Shown piece by piece: positions 1 through 8,841 of a stretch of DNA of 64,000 nt; the first letter of the stretch is position 1; each line of letters starts with the position of its first letter. Both the position numbers and the translations under genes were made by a program. Below the pieces are notes generated by a model. That model made no database searches, had not been told where the DNA came from, and saw only the letters and a list, made by a program, of their open reading frames with translations. The stretch spans positions 43,210 through 107,209 of IMG/VR virus record IMGVR_UViG_3300037193_001436; one strand, 5' to 3'. The stretch comes from a virus.

Positions 1-240
1 ATACATGTCCTTCAGCTCCCGCTGGCTGTAGGCGTCCTCGTCCTTGGTGTTAACCGTGTAGGCCCCGGAGTCGACGAAGATCCTGGCGTCGTCGTGGAAC
101 TTGTCGGCCAGCAGCCAGGGGCGGGAGAATTTCACCCGGCGGCGCAGGCCGACGAAGGACAACGCGACGTGCGGGGCCTGGGACTCGGTCAGGATCTTGC
201 GGTGCGAGGGGACCTCTCCCCCGGCCAGGTACAGCCTCAC
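1..240 (-). CDS. TGT/DpdA-like (guanine transglycosylase fold) protein, runs off the left edge
   Basis: Not in ORF track. GTG at 240 reads MRLYLAGGEVPSHRKIL...RIFVDSGAYTVNTK; the hhhDSGA(Y/F) motif is typical of TGT-family enzymes; GTGA overlap with upstream gene. Confidence 0.6.
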   Translation of the reverse strand, partial: MRLYLAGGEVPSHRKILTESQAPHVALSFVGLRRRVKFSRPWLLADKFHDDARIFVDSGAYTVNTKDEDAYSQRELKDMY

Positions 241-623
241 GGAACCATCCCCGGCGGGCTCATCCGCTGGCTGTAGGTGCGCTTGGTGAACTTGGCCGGA
301 GAGGGCATGGTCGGGGTTGACGTGTTGGTGGCCGGGATCGGGCCGACCGGGCCGGGGATGGACGGCCGGTAGTAATCCGACCAGCGCCGGACGCCCTCGC
401 CGAGCTTCTGCATGCCCTCCATGGCGGCCTGGCGGGTGTCCAGGGCCCGCAGGCCAGGGTTGCGCATGTAGGTGTAGGGGTCGGTGTGACCGTAGCGGTG
501 GGCCAGGGCGAATGAGTGAGCCGCTGCGAACAGCGGGTGCGTCCCGGCGGCGTTGAAGCCGGTGACGCCGATTTCGGCCGTGCCCTGCAGCCGGGAGAAG
601 TCGGCGTTGATGTCGCTGCTCAT
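237..623 (-). CDS. hypothetical protein
   Basis: ATG at 623 (MSSDINADF) overlaps the upstream stop; part of track ORF 237..734. Confidence 0.65.
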   Translation of the reverse strand: MSSDINADFSRLQGTAEIGVTGFNAAGTHPLFAAAHSFALAHRYGHTDPYTYMRNPGLRALDTRQAAMEGMQKLGEGVRRWSDYYRPSIPGPVGPIPATNTSTPTMPSPAKFTKRTYSQRMSPPGMVP

Positions 624-1120
624 AGGGTTTCCCTTTCCATCGAGTCCTCCTCGGCCCGCAGGGTGTTCTGCCGGTCGGTCTCGGCGACCAGGTCGTCCCA
701 GCGGCGTGGCGATCCGTTGTAGTCCGGCCGCCAACTCGGCACCGAGTACTGCGGGTGCAGGTAGAGCAGGGTGGGGACGCCTTCGGCCAGCAGCGCGGCG
801 GCGATCTTGGGATCGGGCTCGATGACCAGGGAGATCGGTCCGTTGCGCCGCATCCGGAAGATCTGCGCCAGCCGCCGGTCGGCGATGGAACCGCCGTCGG
901 ACAGCACCGAGACGTCGATGCCGACGTGGCCGGTGATCCGGTGGATCTTGAGGAAGTGCTCGATGGCGACCTGGTCGCGCACGAAGCCGTCGGCCAGGAA
1001 GGTGACGCGGCCGAACTGCTTCAGGCCCTCGAACAGCATCAGGCCGTTGGGGTTGGGCACGCTCTGGTCGGTGATCCGGCGGATGACGCCGTCCAGGGTG
1101 ATCCCGATCTGACCGGTCAC
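620..1120 (-). CDS. HAD-like hypothetical protein (degenerate motif I, ITLDGVI)
   Basis: GTG at 1120 after GGAGG; C-terminal part of track ORF 620..1717; Rossmann-like beta/alpha pattern. Confidence 0.55.
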   Translation of the reverse strand: MTGQIGITLDGVIRRITDQSVPNPNGLMLFEGLKQFGRVTFLADGFVRDQVAIEHFLKIHRITGHVGIDVSVLSDGGSIADRRLAQIFRMRRNGPISLVIEPDPKIAAALLAEGVPTLLYLHPQYSVPSWRPDYNGSPRRWDDLVAETDRQNTLRAEEDSMERETL

Positions 1121-2115
1121 TGCGGATACCTCCGGGCGTACAGGGCTGCGGCCCGCAGGGTCTCCTGCGCGTTCGTCAGGGGCTGGCCGTAGGTGTCGGT
1201 TTCGTAGTCGGTGCGGCCGGTGTGCCGGGCGCTCCAGACCTCGTGAAGGGCCTGGGCGGTGCCGAACTGCTTGTGGGCCTGCCAGCGGAAGTTGGCGAAG
1301 TCGCCGTACCCCTCGCCCTGTTCGCCGAAGGCACTGCGTCGGCCGAGGTGGATGTCGTCGTACAGTGCGCCGATTTGGTCTGCGACGACCTGCAGGTTGC
1401 GGCTGTTGGTCGACCAGGCGGGCGTGCCGGGGACCGACGTACGGATCGCGCCCTGGACATGGTTGTAGCGCTGGATCAGCGAATCGGCCAGCCGTCGCTC
1501 GTCCTCGACGTAGTCCCACCATCCCTTGGGATAAAGGGTTTTCGGGTCCTCGGGCAGGATCGGGGGCTTCACGGTCCAGGTGTCCGAGGTGAGGTTGTAG
1601 GCGGCGTACGGGTGGATGTCCCGGATGTCGCTGCCAGTGGCGTTGACGTAGAAGGTGACCTCGAACGGCCCCGAGAATCCCCCGGCGCTGAAGATCTGGT
1701 GGGCGGTCTTGGGCCACAGGTCGCGGTGCAGCTCCTGGTTGATCTGGTCGGCGGCTTCGGCGTCGCTCAACCCACGCATGTCGGGGTTGTGGAGGAAGAA
1801 CAGCGGCCAGTTGACACCGATCAGCACATCAAGGTCGCCGTTGCCTCGATCGGCGGCCCACTGATGGGAGATCCCTGACCCGGCGATCCAGACAGTGGAC
1901 CAGCTCGACGGCCGGATGTACCTCTCGTCCCAGTAGGCATACAGGGTCCGCACGATCCAACGGCGAACCTCGGGCCGGATCCGGTCGCCGTCGAACAGCC
2001 GAGGATCGAGGGAGTTGGAGGGCCGGGAGAAGTAGCCGGACTGTCCCTCGTGAATACCAACTGGCCCGGCCGCTGCGGCTCGGGCCAGGTAGTAGTTCAG
2101 GCCGGGGACACCCAT
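1117..2115 (-). CDS. Pol-beta-superfamily nucleotidyltransferase
   Basis: WIAGSGIS...GDLDVLI matches the hG[SG]xnDhD signature; third acidic candidate in FEVTFY. Confidence 0.7.
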   Translation of the reverse strand: MGVPGLNYYLARAAAAGPVGIHEGQSGYFSRPSNSLDPRLFDGDRIRPEVRRWIVRTLYAYWDERYIRPSSWSTVWIAGSGISHQWAADRGNGDLDVLIGVNWPLFFLHNPDMRGLSDAEAADQINQELHRDLWPKTAHQIFSAGGFSGPFEVTFYVNATGSDIRDIHPYAAYNLTSDTWTVKPPILPEDPKTLYPKGWWDYVEDERRLADSLIQRYNHVQGAIRTSVPGTPAWSTNSRNLQVVADQIGALYDDIHLGRRSAFGEQGEGYGDFANFRWQAHKQFGTAQALHEVWSARHTGRTDYETDTYGQPLTNAQETLRAAALYARRYPQ

Positions 2116-2198
2116 ACCTTCAGGTTAGTTGCGCAGGCACCCGAACTTGGAGCGAGCGAAGTTGTTGTACGCAAGCTTTCTATATGCGCCTTCGCCGG

Positions 2199-2435
2199 TT
2201 ACCCCCCAAGTCGGCGCGAAGTTCCTGCAATCGTGACCTTGGTGACCGGGAGGCCGACCTCGTCGATCTCGACGGTGACCGCCTGCAGGCCGGGGAAGCG
2301 GTGGTTCGGGTAGTGCCGCGCGTCGTTCCAACCTGCCTGGTAGGCGGCCTGGGTCAGGTACTCGATCCAGGCCTTCATCTGACCTGACCAGGACAAGGGG
2401 AACGGCGGCGGGATCTCCTCAGGCGGCTTGCTCAT
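2199..2435 (-). CDS. hypothetical protein
   Basis: ATGA coupling with upstream gene. Confidence 0.6.
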   Translation of the reverse strand: MSKPPEEIPPPFPLSWSGQMKAWIEYLTQAAYQAGWNDARHYPNHRFPGLQAVTVEIDEVGLPVTKVTIAGTSRRLGG

Positions 2436-2761
2436 TTCAGGTTGAGGCGTGCGCGCAGCGCCTGCTCCTGGGCGTGCTGCTGCAACGCCGAGCCCATCTG
2501 AAGCAGACCGTTCGACACCAGGCCTGCGGTCTGCTGGATCTGGATGTCCTTGATGATGAGCTGGCAGGCCGACCAGATCTCGTCGTGGCTGGCCATGTGG
2601 TCAGGCACGATGTTCTCGCCGACGTCGGTGGAGACCTGAATGTTGCCGTTGGCATCGACCAGGACCAGGAACGCGGTCCGGACCTCCTGCTGCTGCGGGG
2701 CCTCGGGCTCGGGCGGCGTGCTGCCGTTCTTCAGCTTGGACAGGTCGGGGATCTCAGGCAT
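2432..2761 (-). CDS. hypothetical protein
   Basis: GGAGG RBS; coupled to neighbours. Confidence 0.75.
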   Translation of the reverse strand: MPEIPDLSKLKNGSTPPEPEAPQQQEVRTAFLVLVDANGNIQVSTDVGENIVPDHMASHDEIWSACQLIIKDIQIQQTAGLVSNGLLQMGSALQQHAQEQALRARLNLK

Positions 2762-3041
2762 CGTCGGCCTCCACGGGTTGTGCTTCGACGTACACGGGGT
2801 TGGTCTCGGTCATGTTGGCGGGGATGACCACAACCGCCTCCGGCTCCAGGGGCAGGAACGCTCCACGCGGAGCGTGCACCGTCATCTTGACCGTGACGCT
2901 GCCACCGACAGGCCGGGCTGGTTTGTTCTGGCTGTGCCGCACGACCTTCGCGCCGACGAGCTTGCCGTTGTACTCGTTCCACAGTGGCTCCAACTGCAGG
3001 TACACGGTCGCCGGGACGTGGGTCTCATTCAGATCAGCCAT
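2754..3041 (-). CDS. hypothetical protein
   Basis: TGATG coupling; protein-like composition. Confidence 0.7.
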   Translation of the reverse strand: MADLNETHVPATVYLQLEPLWNEYNGKLVGAKVVRHSQNKPARPVGGSVTVKMTVHAPRGAFLPLEPEAVVVIPANMTETNPVYVEAQPVEADDA

Positions 3042-3550
3042 CAGAGATCACCCCGTTTCATGGCGTCGTTGTAGGCCTTCTGCTCCACCAGGGAGTGCAC
3101 CGGGCAGAACTCGCACAGGTACCGGTCGTCCTTGGTGTGGTACGCGGGCATCCCGGCTTCCTTGCGGGCCTGTGCGGTGCCGGGCGTGAGTCGCTTGGAG
3201 TCCGACTTGTAGTCGCTGCAGTCGGGGTTGCGGAGATGTTGCCGCCAGCAACTCATCGCGTCTTCGCGGAAGGTGTCGCGAGTGTTGTAGAAGTCGCTGC
3301 CAAGCCCGGTCTCTCCGCCGAACTCGTTGACCAGCTTCTTGGAGATCTCCTTCTGCACGCGGGGATCGTTCCAGTCGGCAGCGTCGACCCGTGCGAGCAT
3401 CCCGATGTGCTCTTCGCCGTTGGTCCGGTGCGGCTTGACCAGGTAGTTGAGCAGGACGTCGTGCTCGGGGTCACCGGAGTAGTCGGGCAGCGGTTCGATG
3501 GTCTTGCAGTCCCTGCAGACCAGGAGGCGGATTTGCTCGGGTTCAGTCAC
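3041..3550 (-). CDS. Cys/His-rich (probably zinc-binding) hypothetical protein
   Basis: CRDC, CWRQH..C and CEFCPVH motifs. Confidence 0.75.
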   Translation of the reverse strand: MTEPEQIRLLVCRDCKTIEPLPDYSGDPEHDVLLNYLVKPHRTNGEEHIGMLARVDAADWNDPRVQKEISKKLVNEFGGETGLGSDFYNTRDTFREDAMSCWRQHLRNPDCSDYKSDSKRLTPGTAQARKEAGMPAYHTKDDRYLCEFCPVHSLVEQKAYNDAMKRGDL

Positions 3551-3779
3551 GCGGATCAGTCTTCCGGCCCGGCCCGGGGCATTCTACTGTCGCGAGTTGT
3601 TACTTTGCCGACGTGCCAGGTGATGCAGCGCCTGCAGAGGTAGACATCCATGCCGGTCTGGTACTCGCCGGTGCGCAGCAACCACAGCAGCCGCCCCAAG
3701 GCTGCGGCCTTGGTGGGGAGCTGCAGCTCGTCGCATCCGTCATCGTCGACGTCGGCCCCCTACCAGCGCCGCGCAGTTG

Positions 3780-4577
3780 CTACTTCGAGTCCTGCAACCC
3801 CGAAGAGCCAGGAGCGGCGGCGAGCGTCGCCACGTTGTCGTCCAGGGTCTTCATCAGTTCCTGGGTCTTCTGGATCTGCTGGGTGTCACCCTCGATCCGG
3901 TCGAGCTGCTGCTTCATGTCCCGGATCACCTTGATCAATGCGGTGCCGGTGCCGGTGGGAGCCACCCAGAAACGCTTGGCGTACTCCTCCTCCTCGGCCT
4001 GGTAGATGCGGCGAAGTTCCGCTTCGGTCCAATCCGCCATGTTGCCCTCCGCTGAGCCGCCGGTCGGCGGCTTGGTGAGTGAAGCCAGTAGTGCCCGTGC
4101 GCGCTTGAGGTCGGCGGCGACGTCCTGCGGTCGGCCGACGTACTCGAAGTGCATGGCGTCGGGGCGGTTCTCGTACCGGCCGCCCCAGTAGAAGTGGCAC
4201 GACTCCCAGGCGTGGACGACCTTCGGCGGAAGGTCGGTGATGAGCTTCGAGCCCATCGGGTTGTCCTCAGAGTTAACGTCGACCGCCAGGCCCCAGGAGT
4301 GGTTGCTCGCCGTCTTGGTTCCCCGGATCGGCCGGTTGGCGAAGCCCCAGCAGGCACCGACCTTCAGTCGGTAGCCCATCAGCACCGTCGCCGCGAGCAG
4401 GGTTTGGACCAGCGGAGCGATCTCTCGCCGGACGCGGACCTTCACCCCGCCCCCGGAGACCGTCAGCATCTTGGACTCCTGGGCGTTTGGCCACCCAGGG
4501 CCCCAGCCTCTCGCGGCAGCATTGTTGCGGGAGGCACCGGCCAGCGGATTCGGCCCGTATGCTGCGCGCGATGCCAT
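3780..4577 (-). CDS. Endolysin, M15 (VanY/L-Ala-D-Glu peptidase-like) metallopeptidase
   Basis: SNHSWGLAVDVN and WGG...DAMHFE motifs; C-terminal coiled coil. Confidence 0.9.
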   Translation of the reverse strand: MASRAAYGPNPLAGASRNNAAARGWGPGWPNAQESKMLTVSGGGVKVRVRREIAPLVQTLLAATVLMGYRLKVGACWGFANRPIRGTKTASNHSWGLAVDVNSEDNPMGSKLITDLPPKVVHAWESCHFYWGGRYENRPDAMHFEYVGRPQDVAADLKRARALLASLTKPPTGGSAEGNMADWTEAELRRIYQAEEEEYAKRFWVAPTGTGTALIKVIRDMKQQLDRIEGDTQQIQKTQELMKTLDDNVATLAAAPGSSGLQDSK

Positions 4578-4579
4578 GA

Positions 4580-4747
4580 CTAGTGGTCGACCTCCCCCGG
4601 GTCGACGTCGGCCCGGTCCTCCACGCCGACACCGGGCTGGGTGTCGACCGGCTGCACCTCTTCGTTCTCCTGGACGGCCTGCGCGGCCTCCTCTTCGGTC
4701 ACACCGACCGGCTCGTTCGGGCCGGGTTCATTCGGGGTCGTGGTCAC
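4580..4747 (-). CDS. small acidic hypothetical protein (55 aa)
   Basis: Hand-translated MTTTPNEPGPNEPVGVTEEEAA...; GTGA overlap; fills the gap exactly. Confidence 0.55.
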   Translation of the reverse strand: MTTTPNEPGPNEPVGVTEEEAAQAVQENEEVQPVDTQPGVGVEDRADVDPGEVDH

Positions 4748-4989
4748 AGTGGTACCGCCAATCCAGGGGTGGGGGTGGGGACGAAGTTCGGGGTGGGAGC
4801 GGCGATGCCGTCCGGCGAGATCTTCACGCGCTTCTCGTGGATGCCGTACCAGGGGTCGAGCAGGTCGGCGCGGTCAGCCCAGGTGGCACCTTCGACGATG
4901 CCGCCACGGTTGTTGATGACCTTCTTGTACTTGCCGTCCGTCGCACCCTCGTGCAGGTCGGCATTCATCGATCGGCTGTACGGGTACAT
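4744..4989 (-). CDS. hypothetical protein
   Basis: GGAGGAG RBS before ATG. Confidence 0.75.
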   Translation of the reverse strand: MYPYSRSMNADLHEGATDGKYKKVINNRGGIVEGATWADRADLLDPWYGIHEKRVKISPDGIAAPTPNFVPTPTPGLAVPL

Positions 4990-5034
4990 GCAACTCCTCC
5001 AGGAACTCGTTTCCAGGTTCCCATCTCGGAACGA

Positions 5035-5190
5035 CTACTTGATAGCGCGCTTCGCTTTGCCGTTTGGCCTGCGGCGGTCGTTGAACAAGTCGGCAGCGCG
5101 CTGGCCCGCGCCGTTGTTGTCGTCGTCATCGGGGGTCTCGACGCGGCGGATGCGCTTGTTGCGGCGGCGGTCGGTTGCTTTCAGTGGCAT
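5035..5190 (-). CDS. small basic hypothetical protein (51 aa)
   Basis: Hand-translated MPLKATDRRRNKRIRRVE...KAKRAIK. Confidence 0.5.
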   Translation of the reverse strand: MPLKATDRRRNKRIRRVETPDDDDNNGAGQRAADLFNDRRRPNGKAKRAIK

Positions 5191-5196
5191 GGGGAA

Positions 5197-5517
5197 TCAC
5201 CAGACATTCAGTGCGGGGGTGGACGTGCCTTCCATGCCGGACTTGTTCTGCGCGAAGTCCGTGCGCTGGTAGATCCGGTCGACGTTGACGACGTCCTCGA
5301 TCCCCAGCTCCTCGGTGCGGTAGCCGTACCGGGGCGGGAAGAGCTGGACCGGGACCGGCGGCCGGATGAGCCGGAGCTGGTCGGCGGTCAGGGACATGGC
5401 CGACTCCAGCGCCAGTCCGGTGAGGTACTGCTCATGGGTCTGGTTCGGCCGCTGGATCTGGACCGGCGGCGAGCCCCAGGGACGGCGGCCGTAGACGGTG
5501 TCGGCAGTGCTAGTCAT
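5197..5517 (-). CDS. hypothetical protein
   Basis: Track ORF consistent with the minus-strand run. Confidence 0.7.
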   Translation of the reverse strand: MTSTADTVYGRRPWGSPPVQIQRPNQTHEQYLTGLALESAMSLTADQLRLIRPPVPVQLFPPRYGYRTEELGIEDVVNVDRIYQRTDFAQNKSGMEGTSTPALNVW

Positions 5518-5518
5518 G

Positions 5519-5547
5519 TTGACACATCGCTGTCAGGCCGGGACGAT
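5519..5547 (+). promoter_or_regulatory. sigma70/HrdB-type promoter for the plus-strand mini-gene
   Basis: TTGACA-17bp-GACGAT, 6 nt before ATG 5554. Confidence 0.6.
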
Positions 5548-5553
5548 GGAGGC

Positions 5554-5730
5554 ATGACCGAGAGCCCTGGCACGACGCCTCCTGAGCCCCACGACGGGAT
5601 GACGCTGGAGGAGTACATCGCCGCGTACCCGGAGTACGAGGAGTACGGCCGGGCCGTGTTCGCTTCCCTCGCCGAGCCGGACGAGGAGGGCTGGGACGAC
5701 ATCTCGACCTCCTCAGATGTCGAAGACTGA
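5554..5730 (+). CDS. small highly acidic protein (58 aa)
   Basis: MTESPG...EEYIAAYPEYEEY...DEEGWDDISTSSDVED; GGAGG and own promoter upstream. Confidence 0.65.
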   Translation: MTESPGTTPPEPHDGMTLEEYIAAYPEYEEYGRAVFASLAEPDEEGWDDISTSSDVED

Positions 5731-7254
5731 CTGCGTCCGGCCAGTCCTGGGGTTGTTGTGGAACTGCGGCCCGAGCTGGGTGTGAACCTGCCCGCGCTGG
5801 AGTGACTGCAGCGGCTTGTCCGGGTTGTTCGGGACGTTGACGCCTTCCCCGGCCCAGTGCCGCACCACCGGGTACTGCTCGGCCGGTGAGGTGTTCACGT
5901 CCGGCCTGCGCATCTGCTGCGAGCCCCAGGTGGCCGCCTGGAACGAGTGCACGTTGTCGGCGTAGTTCACGCCCCGGGACAGTCCCCGCGCCGCCAGAGT
6001 CCGCCTGGTGGCGTAGTCGTTGAGGGCGTGGACGATCGGGGCACCCTCGGCGAGCATCTGCTCCGGCCGGGACAGGCCCCACTCCGGCTTGATCTTGCCG
6101 GACGCGTCGGAGACGAACTCCTGGGTCTTGCCTCGCTTGGCCGACGCGGGCTGGTCAGCGTAGACACTGCTTCGGACCCCGGCCGCGTCGCGGTACTTGT
6201 GGGACTTCGCCGTCGGCAGGTGCGGTGCCATCACGCTGGCCTCGTGCACATCGGAGACCTTGTAGGCGTCCGGCGAGTCCTTGTTGACCAGTGCGCCCCG
6301 GAACGCGACCGTCTTGGCTGCGGCGTTCGGGTCGCCGTACTGGTGGACCGAGAAGTCGCCGGTGTCCAGCGCCTCTGCGGCCCGGCTGGCCGCCTTGTCG
6401 ACGTTGGCCGGGCGTCCGGCGATGAACTTGGCCGGACGCTGCTCCAGGGCGGCGTGGACGGCCTCCTCGCCCTGGTCCAGGTTCGGGTGGCTCCGCTTGG
6501 CCCCGGGCTGTGCCTTCCACATGTTGTTCGGGCTGGTGTCGGCGGCGGCGCTGGCCATCAGGTTGCGCGCGGCCTCGATCCGCTCGGGGTGGGACAGGTG
6601 GCCGGTGGCGTTGACGAAGGACGGGTGCTGGACCAGCCGGTGCACCTTGGACTCGAACATGTCGGGGGTCTCACGCAGGTGCTCCTCGTGCGTGATGGCG
6701 TGCTCGATGTTCGGGAAGTCGGTGGTGACGTGGCCGCCGTAGAACAACTGTGACGCGGACTCGTTGACCCCGGCAACGATGTGTTCGGCGGTGACCCGGT
6801 CCAGGGCCCGGGACTGGGCACGCTCCACCGAGCCGACCGGGTCCCGGGGGTCGTGGCCGAAGTGCTTGAGGACCTGGGTGCCTTTGGTGTACTCGCGGCC
6901 GGACAGGTCCTCGGCGCGGCGCTGGACGGTGACGCCGGGCTCGTGCTTGTGCGGCTCGTTGATCGCCGGGACGCCCTTCTCGGCGGCGGTGTTGGGGAAC
7001 ATGTGCCGCGCGCCGGTGACGAAGGTGCGGTACCGGGGGTCGATCGGGTCCATCCGGTAGCCCATCGGGGCGTCCACGGATTCGTCGGTCTTCTTCGCCA
7101 GGTCGCGCAGGCGTCGGCGGTCGGTGACCGGTCGCTCGTAGCCATGCACGGCCTTGGGAGCCGACAGTGTGCGGCCCTGCCCGACGGCGGTGAACTGGTT
7201 CGGTCCCTTGCCGGTGATCGGGTTGGTGAGGTCGTCGGCCTTCTTCTTCGCCAT
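5713..7254 (-). CDS. 513-aa protein with possible HhH-GPD glycosylase-like motifs
   Basis: GGAGG RBS; motif order TSPNNxW...KTVAF...VSDVH...QAATW; function inferred only. Confidence 0.6.
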   Translation of the reverse strand: MAKKKADDLTNPITGKGPNQFTAVGQGRTLSAPKAVHGYERPVTDRRRLRDLAKKTDESVDAPMGYRMDPIDPRYRTFVTGARHMFPNTAAEKGVPAINEPHKHEPGVTVQRRAEDLSGREYTKGTQVLKHFGHDPRDPVGSVERAQSRALDRVTAEHIVAGVNESASQLFYGGHVTTDFPNIEHAITHEEHLRETPDMFESKVHRLVQHPSFVNATGHLSHPERIEAARNLMASAAADTSPNNMWKAQPGAKRSHPNLDQGEEAVHAALEQRPAKFIAGRPANVDKAASRAAEALDTGDFSVHQYGDPNAAAKTVAFRGALVNKDSPDAYKVSDVHEASVMAPHLPTAKSHKYRDAAGVRSSVYADQPASAKRGKTQEFVSDASGKIKPEWGLSRPEQMLAEGAPIVHALNDYATRRTLAARGLSRGVNYADNVHSFQAATWGSQQMRRPDVNTSPAEQYPVVRHWAGEGVNVPNNPDKPLQSLQRGQVHTQLGPQFHNNPRTGRTQSVFDI

Positions 7255-7257
7255 CTC

Positions 7258-7773
7258 CTACCTCCAGGACGGCAGCAGCCGGGCGGCCTTGGCAGTGCGG
7301 ATCGGGTCCACCGGGCCGGGGTCGATGTCGACGCTGCGGGCCAACGCGCCGAGCTGGGAGGGGTTGAGCATGTGGGCCTTGCCCATGTAGTTGACCTGCT
7401 CCTCCGGCGTGCCGGTCGGCGCGAACTTCAGACCGGCGGCCTCGAACTCCAGGCCGGTCTGCGGGTTGAAGCTGTCCGGCCAGAAGTAGTCCGACGGGTC
7501 GATCCGCTCCCCCTTGTGGACGCCGCGCTGGTAGGAGCGCTGGGTGAGCCGGGACTGGATCCCCTTGAGCAGCCGGTCCTCGCGGCGGGAGTTGACGTTG
7601 CCCAGGTAGCCGTCGGGGTACTCGGCCTCCGGCGTGCGGGCAGCGGCGACCGAGCGGCGGGCGTCGAGGATGTCGCGGTACCCGATCAGGTCGGTCCGAC
7701 CGCCGCCGCCGTAGGTGGGCGTGCCGGGCTGGCTGACCCCGAAGGGCGCGAGGTACTGCCAGTTGGTGGTCAC
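7258..7773 (-). CDS. conserved phage hypothetical protein (possibly virion)
   Basis: PEAEYPDGYLG..SRREDRLL..YQRGVHKGERID, recalled from related myoviruses. Confidence 0.75.
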   Translation of the reverse strand: MTTNWQYLAPFGVSQPGTPTYGGGGRTDLIGYRDILDARRSVAAARTPEAEYPDGYLGNVNSRREDRLLKGIQSRLTQRSYQRGVHKGERIDPSDYFWPDSFNPQTGLEFEAAGLKFAPTGTPEEQVNYMGKAHMLNPSQLGALARSVDIDPGPVDPIRTAKAARLLPSWR

Positions 7774-8288
7774 TTGATGCCCCGGGCCTTCTTGCCGTGC
7801 TTGGTGAGGACTTCCTCACCGGCCTCGTTGTCCCAGTACGCTTCCTCGTTGCGCTTGGTGGCGACGCTCATGGCCTGCTGGTGGGTGGTGAACGCGCTGG
7901 AGGCGTCCAGGTCGACCCGGCCGGGAGCCACCCAGGACCCGGCGATCGCGCCGCGCCGGTTGCCGGTGGTGCTGCGGATGTTCTCGATGTGCTCCATCGC
8001 GGTGGGGGTGTCGACGTGCGGGACCTGCTTGGTCGGGATGCGCTCGCCCTTGGTGTCCGGCTCGCCGCCGACCACGTAGGCCTTGTCGACCCCGGCGTTC
8101 AGGAACCGGTTGGAGTGGGTGTTGAAGCTGGCTCCGCCCTCGGCGTGGGTGCGGATGGCGAACTGGACGCCGTTCAGCAGCGGGACGTCGCGGCGCAGCG
8201 AGGGAAGCTGGCCCTGCCGGGGCAGGCTCTCGCGGATCCCCTTCAGTCCGGGCACGTCAGCCAGCGGGGGGAACTTCCCGAGTGCCAT
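7770..8288 (-). CDS. hypothetical protein
   Basis: GGAGG RBS directly after AACAACTA. Confidence 0.75.
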   Translation of the reverse strand: MALGKFPPLADVPGLKGIRESLPRQGQLPSLRRDVPLLNGVQFAIRTHAEGGASFNTHSNRFLNAGVDKAYVVGGEPDTKGERIPTKQVPHVDTPTAMEHIENIRSTTGNRRGAIAGSWVAPGRVDLDASSAFTTHQQAMSVATKRNEEAYWDNEAGEEVLTKHGKKARGIK

Positions 8289-8330
8289 GACAACTTCCTC
8301 CTAGTTGTTGCTTTCCCGTAGGCTGGTGCT

Positions 8331-8549
8331 GTGACGACCCATCTGACGGCGGTGAAAATGGAGGTTCCGACACCGCCGCATGACTACTGGGCCTGGTGCG
8401 AGACCTGCGCCCGGCAGGTGGGTCCTGTGGTCGGATACTCGATCGTTGCCCAAGACATCTGTTCGGCGCACGAGGAGCACCCTGACCTGCCGGACGATGA
8501 GCTGATGACGCTCATCCCCAGTAGGGGTTTTGGCCGTACTGACGCTTGA
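8331..8549 (+). CDS. small CxxC...CxxH zinc-binding protein on the opposite strand
   Basis: WCETC...CSAH; TAGGCT -10-like hexamer 6 nt before GTG. Confidence 0.55.
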   Translation: MTTHLTAVKMEVPTPPHDYWAWCETCARQVGPVVGYSIVAQDICSAHEEHPDLPDDELMTLIPSRGFGRTDA

Positions 8550-8838
8550 GGTAGAAGTCGCGATTCCCAACTGCCGACGGCACGATCCGGGTGTTCCGGA
8601 GCGTCTGTGCGGCCTCGGGAGCGGTCGGGTAGCCCATCACGGTCTGCGGTGCGCCCTTGAACCCCAGGCGCTCCATGGTGCCCTGCCGGTGCGCGGCCGT
8701 GGCACCCTCCGGGCTGGCCGAGACGGTGCTCTTCTTCCTGACCGGCTTGGTGTGCTTGCTCGGGGCCCCGGAGACGTTCTTGGCCCGAGCCATGCTCTTG
8801 CCCATCTTCGGGAAGTTGGTGGTCGTCTTGTCAGCCAT
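8512..8838 (-). CDS. basic hypothetical protein
   Basis: Track ORF in the minus-strand run. Confidence 0.65.
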   Translation of the reverse strand: MADKTTTNFPKMGKSMARAKNVSGAPSKHTKPVRKKSTVSASPEGATAAHRQGTMERLGFKGAPQTVMGYPTAPEAAQTLRNTRIVPSAVGNRDFYLKRQYGQNPYWG

Positions 8839-8841
8839 CGC

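Noticed and set aside
5514-5702. Minus-strand Ser-rich ORF
   Set aside because: The plus-strand acidic ORF over the same bases has a promoter and RBS and is the better call
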